Notes: generated by a model not told the origin, from the sequence alone. Shown: positions 20,485 to 29,691, numbered from the whole stretch's first letter. The stretch is DNA of 63,005 bases, filler included, from Actinomycetota bacterium (GCA_013152275.1; 6 parts of 5 records of this genome joined end to end with filler, not necessarily neighbours in it), one strand, 5' to 3'. A program made the numbers and translations.

Positions 20485-21669
20485 TCATGTATGGCGGTGT
20501 CTCCATGCGCGCGTCTCGACATCGGACGGAGGCCCTGGCATCGCCGGCGGTTCGCGGTGCACGATCTCTGATCGGGCCCTGCGATTTCGCATGAGTTGCC
20601 GTACCCGGGAGGTGAGGATTCGTACCGGGTAGGGGCCTCCGGTGTCCGGGTGGCGGAAATCGAGATGGGACCTGGGCGGGAACAGGTTCGTGGCTATCCA
20701 GCGGAGCGCTTCCACTGTCCGGTCGGTGGTAAGAGCCGGCATCAGCAGGTAGCCGCGTCGCGCATACTCCGCAGTACTCGTCTCACCGAGAAGACGCGTC
20801 TTGGGACGCCACAGATAATCCCAGGCCCGCGCTCGCCATCCTTGCGGTCGAGGTATGTCCTCGGTGGGCAATCCCAGGGTGGAGAGCACAGCCGCGAGCG
20901 ACTTGTTGACGATGACCTCGAGGCCTTCGACCCGGGCCAGATCCTGAACGGCGTGCAGATCGGGCTCGGAGGAAACGATCCGAGCGATTTCCGCGTACGC
21001 AAGGAGGTAACGGAACCGGTCTCTGTTGATGTTGACGAGTCGATGAACGAGAGCGGTCTCGGAGTCGAGCACTCTGACGGATCCCCCAGAAGGGGTGTCG
21101 AGTTGCTGCGTCCGCTCCCACACCAGCCTGCTGGTGCGGGACGGGATGCCGAGCTTGAAGAGATCGAAGTGGACATCGATGCTCATGTCGTCCACCTCGA
21201 GTCCAAGCGCCTGAACCAGGCCGTAACGAAACAGTTCCTGGAAATGCCCGATGAGGGGGTGGTCCGGTGCGATGCAGGCCGCAATGTCGTCGGCTCGATC
21301 GAGTTCTGCAGGATCGATGAGAATATCGACGTCATGGCAGGGTCGCTCTCCGATCCGGTCGAACCAGCGAGCCTCGGCGGTGACCCCTTTGAACGCCGCG
21401 ATCTGAACACCGATTCCGGCGAGCCTGTCCGTCACATCCTCGAGAGCCTCCCAAAGATGCCGGTGGTGAGCTTCGTTCCGCAGAGTCAGCATTGCCAGAG
21501 TCCGTTCCCACTGCTCGTCGCCCTTCAGCTCCCCTGCTTCGGCCCGAGCCCAGAGCAGTCCGGTCATTCGATGCTCCACCGCCGACTCGAGGAGGCGGTC
21601 CGGATCTTCAACAACCGGCAGCGGTCGTCCGGCTGCGAGTTCGATGAGAGCAGGATGGGGGCGGGCCAT
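20485..21669 (-). CDS. Nucleotidyltransferase family protein (NTP_transf_5-like)
   Basis: FKG...R..HDVDIL and IDVH motifs; lies downstream of the PqqD gene. Confidence 0.8.
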   Translation of the reverse strand: MARPHPALIELAAGRPLPVVEDPDRLLESAVEHRMTGLLWARAEAGELKGDEQWERTLAMLTLRNEAHHRHLWEALEDVTDRLAGIGVQIAAFKGVTAEARWFDRIGERPCHDVDILIDPAELDRADDIAACIAPDHPLIGHFQELFRYGLVQALGLEVDDMSIDVHFDLFKLGIPSRTSRLVWERTQQLDTPSGGSVRVLDSETALVHRLVNINRDRFRYLLAYAEIARIVSSEPDLHAVQDLARVEGLEVIVNKSLAAVLSTLGLPTEDIPRPQGWRARAWDYLWRPKTRLLGETSTAEYARRGYLLMPALTTDRTVEALRWIATNLFPPRSHLDFRHPDTGGPYPVRILTSRVRQLMRNRRARSEIVHREPPAMPGPPSDVETRAWRHRHT

Positions 21670-21682
21670 GTGGGGTACGTCG

Positions 21683-21967
21683 CTATTCGGCTGTCGTGTC
21701 GATCTCGATGAGATCTCGTGTCGCCAGGTCCTCCAGGAACGAAGAGACATCATCTCCGAGGTCGGCGGGGGCGTCGCTCACGGCGGCGCGTGTTGCATCG
21801 GTCAGCTCGCCCACCGTCTGGCCATCGATGAGAGACCAGATCAGCGCTCCTATCGAATTGAACCCGTGGTAGCTGCCGGTCTCCAGGTTGAGGAGGACAC
21901 CTCCCTCCTGGGTGTCGCGATATGCAGCGTGGGGGGATTGCCGCACAATTGCCGTTTCAGGGATCAT
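21683..21967 (-). CDS. PqqD-family RiPP recognition element (lasso B1-like)
   Basis: 94 aa; VLLNLETGSYHGFNSIGALIWSLIDG...DVSSFLEDL. Confidence 0.9.
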   Translation of the reverse strand: MIPETAIVRQSPHAAYRDTQEGGVLLNLETGSYHGFNSIGALIWSLIDGQTVGELTDATRAAVSDAPADLGDDVSSFLEDLATRDLIEIDTTAE

Positions 21968-21988
21968 CAGGTCTCCTTCCGAAGATCG

Positions 21989-22843
21989 TCAGTACTGTCC
22001 AAAGGTCCCACGCCTGCGCTCACGTCGCAGAGCCAGATTCAGTGCGATGGCCCCGATGGTCAGGGAAAGCGCCGCGGCTCCGACGAAGATCCCGACATGA
22101 GGGGTGACTGCCCCCCATCCGGCACCGCCGAGGAGCGCCTGTCGCGTACCGTCGAACGCGAGAGCGATCGGATTCGCCCGGGCCAGGTCCTGTATCCAGC
22201 CAGGGAGCAGATCGACGGGGAAGTACGCGCCCGAGGAGAAGTTCAACGCAAGAGCGCCAAGGTTGAGAATCGTTGCACCTCTCCGGAACGTCATCACGCC
22301 TGCGGCGCTCACCATTCCGAGCCCCCACACGAACGGGATGAACAGGAGCAGGATGGCCAGTGAGGGCAGGATGCCCGATGGTGCGATTCCGATGTTGAAC
22401 AAGATCGACACGATGCCGATGAACAGGGCGGTACGTATCGGGACATACACGAGGTCGTAGACGGCAAGCCCGAATTGGAGGGTCATCGGATGTGTCGGAG
22501 TCATGAACAGTGAATCGAGGGTGCCCATCAGCTGCTCGGAGCGCATGGCCGTTGCAACCCGATCGAGCCCGAGCGTGAGAAACGCGCCCAGAGCGATACC
22601 GATCGTCACGAAAGCCAGATAGCTTGCACGCTGGCCGCCGTACTCGGGGATCTTGCTCGGATCGACCATCAACCCGATGAAGTAGAACATCACGATCTGC
22701 ACCGCAAGCCCCACTGCGTCGCCGAAGAAGGCCATCCGGTAGCTCCACGCGGTGAGAAAATCTCGCCGTATGAACGCAGGGAGCTTTCTCACTTCGAGGA
22801 GGAATCTGGCTCCCACCGCAGGGACCGTGTCAGGAGAGGTCAT
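21989..22843 (-). CDS. ABC-2 type exporter permease
   Basis: RDFLTAWSYR, SGAYFPVDLLPGW, multiple transmembrane segments. Confidence 0.85.
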   Translation of the reverse strand: MTSPDTVPAVGARFLLEVRKLPAFIRRDFLTAWSYRMAFFGDAVGLAVQIVMFYFIGLMVDPSKIPEYGGQRASYLAFVTIGIALGAFLTLGLDRVATAMRSEQLMGTLDSLFMTPTHPMTLQFGLAVYDLVYVPIRTALFIGIVSILFNIGIAPSGILPSLAILLLFIPFVWGLGMVSAAGVMTFRRGATILNLGALALNFSSGAYFPVDLLPGWIQDLARANPIALAFDGTRQALLGGAGWGAVTPHVGIFVGAAALSLTIGAIALNLALRRERRRGTFGQY

Positions 22844-23789
22844 CGGTACTCTCAGCGGTGAGTGTGAGGAACGCTTCTTCGATCTCGGGTCGGGCCTCGC
22901 GGCAGGCCAACACGGGGAGCCCGGCGGACGCCAGCGAGCCGATGACGTCACCAAGTACCGTTCCGTTCCTGAGTCGAAGGAGATACTCCTCTCTTGCGGC
23001 CCCTTCGAGAGGGACGAGTGTCCCAAACGAAGCGATCATCTGCTCGAGATCATCCGCAGAAGAGGTGTGCTCGCCGAGACGAATGACGTACGAACGTTCG
23101 TTCGCCAACGCCATCAACTGATCGACTGATCCCTGGAAGCGCACTCCGGTCGTGCCGAGCACGGTCACCGTGTCGGCGAGGCCGGGAAGCTCGTCGAGGC
23201 GGTGTGTAGCCCAGATGACACCGGCTCCTCGCCCGGCGGCGTCCTTCGCCACCTGGTGGATCTTCGCGGCACCACTCGGATCGAGTTCGTGGGTCGGTTC
23301 ATCGAACAGGAGGAGTTGTGGATCGGTGAGAAGAGCTCTGGCAATGGCGACACGCTTCTGCATGCCGTGCGAGTACAAGCCCGAGCGAATATGCATGGCA
23401 TCGTCGAGCCCGACTTCCCGCATGAGCTCGCCGGCTCGCCGGGTGGCATCACGCCGGTTCATGCCGTGCAGACGGGCGAAGAATACGAGGTTCTCGTAGC
23501 CGGAGATGCGCAGATAGAGTGACCTGTCTCCGGAGGGTACCCACCCGATACGCTCGCGCACCCATGCGGAACGTGGGCTCCCACCGAGGATACTCACGGT
23601 TCCTCTGCTTGGCTCGATCAGACCTGCGATCGTTCGCAGCAGTGTGGTCTTGCCGACCCCGTTGGGCCCGATCAGGGCATGGATCTCTCCGGGTGCCGTG
23701 TCGAAACTGACGTCACGGAGAATGGTCCTGGACTTGAACCTACGCCATATAGATCGAACCTCGACCACTGGAGTCGAGGTTCGAAACAT
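22830..23789 (-). CDS. ABC exporter ATP-binding protein
   Basis: GPNGVGKTT, YSHGMQKRV, DEPT. Confidence 0.9.
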   Translation of the reverse strand: MFRTSTPVVEVRSIWRRFKSRTILRDVSFDTAPGEIHALIGPNGVGKTTLLRTIAGLIEPSRGTVSILGGSPRSAWVRERIGWVPSGDRSLYLRISGYENLVFFARLHGMNRRDATRRAGELMREVGLDDAMHIRSGLYSHGMQKRVAIARALLTDPQLLLFDEPTHELDPSGAAKIHQVAKDAAGRGAGVIWATHRLDELPGLADTVTVLGTTGVRFQGSVDQLMALANERSYVIRLGEHTSSADDLEQMIASFGTLVPLEGAAREEYLLRLRNGTVLGDVIGSLASAGLPVLACREARPEIEEAFLTLTAESTDDLS

Positions 23790-23831
23790 TGCAGCACACT
23801 CTCCTGAGGGAAAGGTTTCTATTCCGTTTCC

Positions 23832-23954
23832 TTAGGAGTGGTGGCAACCGTCGTACTGTTGGAACGTAAGCAGTCTCGGCTTACAGTCCCCTGGCATGAA
23901 CGTGTGTTCCGCGATCGAACCGAAGTCCTTGATCTGAGGGGTCTCGTACTTCAC
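23832..23954 (-). CDS. RiPP precursor peptide with a lasso-type leader, 40 aa: MKYETPQIKDFGSIAEHTFMPGDCKPRLLTFQQYDGCHHS
   Basis: Hand-translated and absent from the ORF track; GGGAGG RBS 7 nt before GTG; YxxPx(I)xxxGxxxxxT leader motif; first gene of the ABC-RRE-NTase operon. Confidence 0.88.
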   Translation of the reverse strand: MKYETPQIKDFGSIAEHTFMPGDCKPRLLTFQQYDGCHHS

Positions 23955-23997
23955 CTTGCAGCCTCCCATTGCCCGCATAGCTTCCCTCTGCCCGGGC

Positions 23998-24027
23998 AGG
24001 CTATCATTGCCACTGTGGGTGCGTCAA
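23998..24027 (-). promoter_or_regulatory. Putative promoter of the precursor operon: TTGACG-N18-TAGCCT with extended TG
   Basis: Read on the minus strand, ending 43 nt upstream of the precursor start. Confidence 0.45.
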
Positions 24028-24447
24028 GGACCACCATCATGTCACGCAGAGTGTTTAGCCCGGTTCGTCGGTGAGACGCAAAGGCTGCCGATCGGGATCA
24101 CCGGGAGGTCACGGTGGGCGCGATTGCCGTGTCGTCGGGAGTCGGCGGCCCGATCGTGATTCTCCAGGTGGCCGTTGACTTGTCGCCGGCTCCCTGTCTG
24201 GGAGAGGTAGTGCAAACCGTCACTGTGAGGTGTTGTCGGTGCGTAGCGAATGACGTCCCTTCGTCGATGCGCCAGGGAGGGCCAACTACCCTGGACTCCG
24301 GAAATGGATTCTCGATACCGACTTCCGGAGGAAAGGGGTCGACCGTGATCTCGTGGCGCAGCAGCTCGAGAGTGAGGAGTCCTCTGTGAAGGGTCGGCAC
24401 ACGCTCAACTTTCTGGTATCTGTTCCCGCATTCCTCGACTTGTGGCG

Positions 24448-25380
24448 ATGACCGACACGCAAACATCAGCGCCTTCGAGCGGGACGTGTTTCGGGTACGA
24501 GGCTCACTCCGATATCCCCTTTCGGTTCCTTCGCGACGGCGTGGGTGAGCCGCTTGAGGTCATGTTCCACTCCGAAGAAGGCCCGGAACCGGGCGAGCGG
24601 CTCGTTGTGGACTGGAAACGGCGGCCGGACAAGTCCTTCTACGGTCGGGTCTATCAGAACGATCAGGGACGGTATCGGCTGTGGACGAGTGACGCCGGCT
24701 GGTTCCTGGTCGATCCCCGGAAGAGGACGATAGCCATTTCCGAACATGGCGACTCGTTGAGGCGAGAGGTCCGGCTCTGGACGACGCCGATGCTGCTGCT
24801 GATGGTCGGTCGGGGCGACCTGCCGTTGCACGCCTCCGCCGTGGAGGTGGACGGTGGGGCGGTCCTGTTCGGCGGGCCGAGCCAGTTCGGTAAGACGACA
24901 CTCGCGGCGGCATTCCATACCGCAGGTTTCCGAGTGCTGGCCGAGGACATCACCTGCGCGCAGGTTGGGGATGATGTGGCAGTGATACCTGGCCCGGCGC
25001 TCCTCAGGGTTCGCCATGATGTCGCAGATCGCTTCGCGACTTCGAGTGTCGCCGATGCGGGTCAGGACGATGAACGCAGATTCCTGGCCCTCTCCGAGGA
25101 ATCTCGTGGCACTTGTGATCCGTTGCCCCTCAAAGGGATCGTGCTGCTCAAGAGCGATGCCCCGGCCATCCGCCTGGATCGGCGCGTGGGGACTCGATCC
25201 ATCAGCGATCTCTGGGAGCTTGCCTTTCGACTGCCGGGCGATGAGGAGATCGAGCGGGTCTTCAACGGCATCACCGATCTCGCGGATCGGGTGCCCGTGT
25301 GGGATCTCGTGCGTCCTTTGGATGTCGAGCAGCTCCTGCCGACGGTGGAGCGAGTCGTCGAGAAGGTGAGAGGGTCGTGA
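24448..25380 (+). CDS. HPr-kinase-like P-loop kinase (lasso-cluster kinase type)
   Basis: [17 protein letters not shown] Walker A, VLAEDI. Confidence 0.8.
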   Translation: MTDTQTSAPSSGTCFGYEAHSDIPFRFLRDGVGEPLEVMFHSEEGPEPGERLVVDWKRRPDKSFYGRVYQNDQGRYRLWTSDAGWFLVDPRKRTIAISEHGDSLRREVRLWTTPMLLLMVGRGDLPLHASAVEVDGGAVLFGGPSQFGKTTLAAAFHTAGFRVLAEDITCAQVGDDVAVIPGPALLRVRHDVADRFATSSVADAGQDDERRFLALSEESRGTCDPLPLKGIVLLKSDAPAIRLDRRVGTRSISDLWELAFRLPGDEEIERVFNGITDLADRVPVWDLVRPLDVEQLLPTVERVVEKVRGS

Positions 25381-25793
25381 GTTCGAACGAATCCCCCGGA
25401 TTGCCCATGGCAGAGAAGGTGAGGCTGTTCGTTCGAATATGGGTGTTGGCCGGGCTGTCCGCGACCGCATCGAAACGGCGCGCCCTTCCCGACCTCATGG
25501 AGAGCTATCGGATCGCGGGCACGGTCGGAAGCCATTCGACCTACGCTCCCCGCAAGCTGAGCAGAGCGGTCACCCGCAGTCTCCGTGTTGGTCGTTGGCA
25601 GCCGCGGTGCCTGATCAAGGCGATGGTGCTCTACCGGCTGATGCGAGAACAGGGCGAAGAAGTCGAACTCGTGATCGGCCTTCCACAGAATCCGAAGGAT
25701 CACATCGCCCATGCCTGGGTCGAGCTGCATGGTGTCGACATCGGTCCCGCACCCGGTCGTGGAGGCCACGAGGAGATCGCGCGCTACGGCTGA
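25377..25793 (+). CDS. Lasso B2-type transglutaminase-like leader peptidase
   Basis: [10 protein letters not shown]...LVIG...AHAWVE (catalytic Cys and His). Confidence 0.88.
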   Translation: MSSNESPGLPMAEKVRLFVRIWVLAGLSATASKRRALPDLMESYRIAGTVGSHSTYAPRKLSRAVTRSLRVGRWQPRCLIKAMVLYRLMREQGEEVELVIGLPQNPKDHIAHAWVELHGVDIGPAPGRGGHEEIARYG

Positions 25794-25804
25794 TCCCCCC
25801 TCAA

Positions 25805-25859
25805 CCCGTTTTCGTGACGGTTCGGCGGGATTATCCGGCTCCAGCGTCACGAGAACGGG
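25805..25859. repeat. Palindromic repeat, family A
   Basis: CCCGTTTTCGTGACG...CGTCACGAGAACGGG. Confidence 0.85.
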
Positions 25860-25882
25860 GGGATTGGGCCTACGATGCCCCG

Positions 25883-27844
25883 ATGCCTTTGCCAGAGGAC
25901 CCAGCCGATCGTGCCCAGACCGCCCTGGAGCGGGCGGTTGCCGAGAAGCCCGGTGGTCACCGGCGAGCCGGTCAGGTCGAGATGGCTCGTGCCGTCGCCG
26001 AGGCGATCGAGCAAGGTTCCCATCTCATCTGTGAGGCCGGTCCGGGTACCGGCAAGTCGTTCGGCTACATGATTCCGGCGATCGTGTCCGGACAGAAGGT
26101 GATCGTCGCCACCGCCACCAAGAGCCTCCAGGACCAACTCGCCAAGAAGGACCTGCCGTTCCTCGCCGAGGTCATGGCCGGCCTCGATATCACGTTCAGC
26201 TGGGCCGTCGTGAAGGGCCGCCAGAACTACCTCTGCAAGTCCCGGCTCGTGGAACGTCTCGAGAAAGAGGGTGTTGTCGCGCAGCAGATCTCCCTCGAAG
26301 GACTCGACTACGAGCTTCCCGAGGGCTTGCGCATGCTGGCCGAATGGGCCGACACGCATCCGACGGGGGACCGAGACGATCTTCCCGCCCAGCCGGCGGA
26401 GGGCCTTTGGGAGAGCGTCTCGGTGACCGGCATGGAGTGCCCCGGCCGCGACGAATGCCCGCAGGCGGGCGACTGCTTCGCCATGGCCGCCCTCGACGCC
26501 GCCGCAGACGCCGACATCGTCATCGTCAACCATCACCTGTACGGCAACGACCTCGCCCTCGGCGGCGGTGTCGTGCTGCCCGAACACGATGTGCTGATCG
26601 TGGACGAGGCCCATCGCCTCGAGGACACGATGGCCTCGGCGCTGGGGATCGAGCTCGCCGAAGGACGTTTCTGGCAGGTGCAACGCTCTGCAGGCTCGTA
26701 CCTGCGGGCCCAGTCATCGCGCTCCAAGGCAGACAAGATCCTCCGACCGCTCGCCGACCAGACCAAACGGGTGCAGCAGTCTCTCGATCGCACCGACGTC
26801 GGTCGGGTCGAGGAAGCCGGCGCCCTCGGCGCCGCGTTCTCCGCAGCCGCTTCCAGCTTGGCCGCGGTGACGAAGGCGATTCGTTCCTCGGAACCGACCT
26901 CACCTGGCGCGCTCGGAGCTCGCGCACGGGTACTGCGGTTGGCGGCACACCTTGCCGGCGACGTCGGGATGGCCGTCGAACCGCCTGACGGATATGTCTC
27001 CTGGATCGAGCGTGACTCGGACCGCACCGCCTACCGGATTGCGCCGGTCGAGGTCGGGCCGCTACTCGCCGAGCAGCTCCTCGGCCGTGTTCCGGTGATC
27101 CTGACGAGCGCCACGCTGTCGGTCGGAGGATCACTCTTGCCGCTCGCCGAAAGGCTCGGCTTCGAAACGGCAGACCAATCCGGCCCGCTGCGGTACAGGG
27201 CGTTGCAGGTCGAGTCGCCGTTCGACTACCGGGCACAGGGGCGCGTGTACGTCGCGGCCAGACTTCCCGAGCCTCGCTCTCCCGACTACCAGGCCCGAGC
27301 GCTGACGGAACTCGAGGAGCTGCTGCTGGCGTCCGGGGGCCGAGCGCTGATTCTGACGACCAGCTACCGGATGCTGACGATCATCAGCGAACATCTCGCT
27401 GACGAGGTTCCCTTCGAGATCCTCACGCAGGGCGATCTGCCGAAGCTGCGGCTCATCGAGCGTTTCGAGGAGGAGGAGACGTCCGTCCTCGTCGCCACGA
27501 TGGGATTCTGGGAGGGGTTGGACATTCCCGGCCGGGCCCTCGAACTGGTCGTCTTGGACAAGCTCCCGTTTCCTCGTCCCGACGAACCGCTCTGGCAGGC
27601 CCGGCGCGAAGCAGCGGAGGCGGCGGGTCGGTCCGCGTTCATGACCGTCGACCTGCCCCGCGCGGCGATGTTGCTGGCCCAGGGGGCGGGGCGTCTGATC
27701 CGCACGACCAGCGACCATGGGGTCGTGGCGATCCTCGACTCGCGGCTGTTCAAGCGCCGTTACGGGAGGGTGTTGCTGCGCTCGCTGCCACCGATGCCGC
27801 AGACGACGTCATTGAAGACGGTCGAGGCGTTTCTTCGTCGGTGA
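25883..27844 (+). CDS. dinG: DinG/YoaA-family ATP-dependent helicase
   Basis: EAGPGTGKS, KGRQNYLC, VNHHL, DEAH, QGAGRLIR. Confidence 0.88.
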   Translation: MPLPEDPADRAQTALERAVAEKPGGHRRAGQVEMARAVAEAIEQGSHLICEAGPGTGKSFGYMIPAIVSGQKVIVATATKSLQDQLAKKDLPFLAEVMAGLDITFSWAVVKGRQNYLCKSRLVERLEKEGVVAQQISLEGLDYELPEGLRMLAEWADTHPTGDRDDLPAQPAEGLWESVSVTGMECPGRDECPQAGDCFAMAALDAAADADIVIVNHHLYGNDLALGGGVVLPEHDVLIVDEAHRLEDTMASALGIELAEGRFWQVQRSAGSYLRAQSSRSKADKILRPLADQTKRVQQSLDRTDVGRVEEAGALGAAFSAAASSLAAVTKAIRSSEPTSPGALGARARVLRLAAHLAGDVGMAVEPPDGYVSWIERDSDRTAYRIAPVEVGPLLAEQLLGRVPVILTSATLSVGGSLLPLAERLGFETADQSGPLRYRALQVESPFDYRAQGRVYVAARLPEPRSPDYQARALTELEELLLASGGRALILTTSYRMLTIISEHLADEVPFEILTQGDLPKLRLIERFEEEETSVLVATMGFWEGLDIPGRALELVVLDKLPFPRPDEPLWQARREAAEAAGRSAFMTVDLPRAAMLLAQGAGRLIRTTSDHGVVAILDSRLFKRRYGRVLLRSLPPMPQTTSLKTVEAFLRR

Positions 27845-27848
27845 GCGG

Positions 27849-28874
27849 TCAACCTTCGGCGAGGACACCTGCCAGCTCATCGAGCTCTGCCATGTTCTGC
27901 TCGACATAGTCGTCCGTGAGGTGTCGGAGTGCCACCAACGACGCCTCGGAGGCATCGTCCATGGCGATCTCGGTCGGCAGCGTCGGTTCGAACCGGTGAT
28001 AGTGGTCTCCGAGAAGGTTCTTCAGCAGCTCATCGTGCAGGGAGCTCTGGCCCCGATTGGCAGCCACGAACATGTCCTCGGCCAGACGCAGCCAGGAGTG
28101 ACCGGTGAACTCTTCGTAGCTGGTCATCCCGGCTTTGGGAACCCCGGTCCCGAGTGAGACGAGTCGGATCGTTCTGACGCGAATGCCGCGCCAACCGGCC
28201 AACTCCATCGCTTCCGTGTATCCGATCATCGACGGGTTGTTCGCGAAGACGCCACCGTCGATGAGGATGTGGTCGGAACCGTCCGGCGAGGTCAGGCGAA
28301 ACGGCGGGAATATCGTGGGCGCGGCCGACGTCGCCCGGGCGACGTCCCTCATGAGATGATTCTCGCTCGGCTCGGTCCGTGCCTCCCGGGAACGGAACAG
28401 CTTGGGGCCGGCCCTGTTGACGTCGTACGAAGTGACGATCACATCGCGAATGGCGTCGGACAGTCGGGCATCACCGAACTGTTCTTCCAGTGCCTGCTCG
28501 AGCGGCGCGGGGGAGTACCGGGCGTTTCCCACTTCGGGATTCGAACCGAACATCGCGGCCTGCATTCCCACTCGGGCGATCAAGTCTCGTAGATCCTCCC
28601 GACTGCGGGGAAAGCTCAACGCAGACTGAGGGAAGATGATCTTGCCGTGCCGTTCGTAGAAGGCTCCGATGTCCTCCGCGGGGGCCGGTCTGCCGTTCTC
28701 ACCGGGAAGGGCGAGGGCCATCGCGGCGATGCCACCGATGGACGTGCCGACGATGATGTCGAACAGCTCGGCCGTTGGCCGGCCGGAGGCTCCCTCCAGA
28801 GCGGAGAGGATACGAGCCGGGATGATCCCCCGGATCCCACCGCCGTCGATGCTGAGCACCCGAATCGATCTCAC
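27849..28874 (-). CDS. Patatin-like phospholipase
   Basis: DGGGIRG, GTSIGG, ATSAAPT, DGGVFANNP; start approximate. Confidence 0.88.
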   Translation of the reverse strand: MRSIRVLSIDGGGIRGIIPARILSALEGASGRPTAELFDIIVGTSIGGIAAMALALPGENGRPAPAEDIGAFYERHGKIIFPQSALSFPRSREDLRDLIARVGMQAAMFGSNPEVGNARYSPAPLEQALEEQFGDARLSDAIRDVIVTSYDVNRAGPKLFRSREARTEPSENHLMRDVARATSAAPTIFPPFRLTSPDGSDHILIDGGVFANNPSMIGYTEAMELAGWRGIRVRTIRLVSLGTGVPKAGMTSYEEFTGHSWLRLAEDMFVAANRGQSSLHDELLKNLLGDHYHRFEPTLPTEIAMDDASEASLVALRHLTDDYVEQNMAELDELAGVLAEG

Positions 28875-28985
28875 GATGCCCAGGCTACTTCCGTCGCGCA
28901 TTGTCGGTCGAGCGGCCAATCGGGGAAGGTGTGCACGGGTACGCTTGTTGTTCGAACCGATGAAGAACCTTCGAACCTCGGCGAC

Positions 28986-29390
28986 ATGATGCGCGTGCCC
29001 GGCCAGATCCGCGACGCCGTCCTCGCGCACGCGGCGTTCTGTGCGCCAGAGGAGGCGTGCGGACTGCTGGCGGGCGACAACGAGGGGAACCTGAGGATGG
29101 TGTATTGCCTGACGAACGCTCAACACTCTCGCGTTGCCTACACGGTTGAGCCCGAGGAGCACTTCCGGGCATTGCGGCACGCGGAGGCCAACGGCTGGGA
29201 GCTCGTCGGGGCGTTCCACTCGCACCCGTACTCGGAGGCGTATCCGTCCGCCACCGACCGGCGGCTCGCGGCGGAACCCGATTGGATCTATCTGATAGCG
29301 TCTCTCGTCGGGCCGGTTGATTCGCGCCTGAGGGGATACTTCCTCCGAGGCGGCACCGTGGTGGAAGAAGCACTCGAGATCGGGGAATGA
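28986..29390 (+). CDS. JAB/MPN (M67) metallopeptidase, Mec-like
   Basis: PEEACGLL; FHSHP...PSATD JAMM motif. Confidence 0.88.
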   Translation: MMRVPGQIRDAVLAHAAFCAPEEACGLLAGDNEGNLRMVYCLTNAQHSRVAYTVEPEEHFRALRHAEANGWELVGAFHSHPYSEAYPSATDRRLAAEPDWIYLIASLVGPVDSRLRGYFLRGGTVVEEALEIGE

Positions 29391-29391
29391 G

Positions 29392-29691
29392 ATGGCCGTA
29401 GTGGTGAGGATTCCGACCATTCTGCGCATGTATACCGACGGTGAGGGCGCGGTCGAGGCGACCGGTGCCACGATCAAGGACGTCTTCATCGATCTGGAGG
29501 CTCGCCATCCGGGCATCGGTGAGCGACTCATCGACATCGATGGCGGCTTGCACCGGTTCGTCAACGTGTTTCTGGGCGACGACGACGTCCGCTATCTGGA
29601 GGGTCTCGAGACAGCGGTGCCCGACGGCGCGGAGATCACGATCATCCCCGCCGTCTCCGGTGGGTGGCGCCCAGACCACCACGAACATTGA
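29392..29691 (+). CDS. MoaD/ThiS/CysO-family ubiquitin-like sulfur carrier with a C-terminal extension
   Basis: VRIPTILR...RFVNVF...IIPAVSGG followed by WRPDHHEH. Confidence 0.85.
   Translation: MAVVVRIPTILRMYTDGEGAVEATGATIKDVFIDLEARHPGIGERLIDIDGGLHRFVNVFLGDDDVRYLEGLETAVPDGAEITIIPAVSGGWRPDHHEH

Noticed and set aside
23832..23954. Precursor as a canonical lasso peptide
   Set aside because: The predicted core starts Met-Pro, has no Asp/Glu at positions 7-9, and there is no cyclase in the locus.
24098..24466. ORF-track ORFs in the RiPP divergent region as extra precursors
   Set aside because: No leader motif, no convincing RBS, non-coding-like composition.
25883..29691. DinG + patatin + JAB + ubiquitin-like genes as a CBASS, Bil or type IV CRISPR defence system
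   Set aside because: No CD-NTase, E1/E2 or Cas genes. The patatin is on the opposite strand, and dinG-mec-cysO-MBL-rph-rdgB matches housekeeping actinobacterial synteny.
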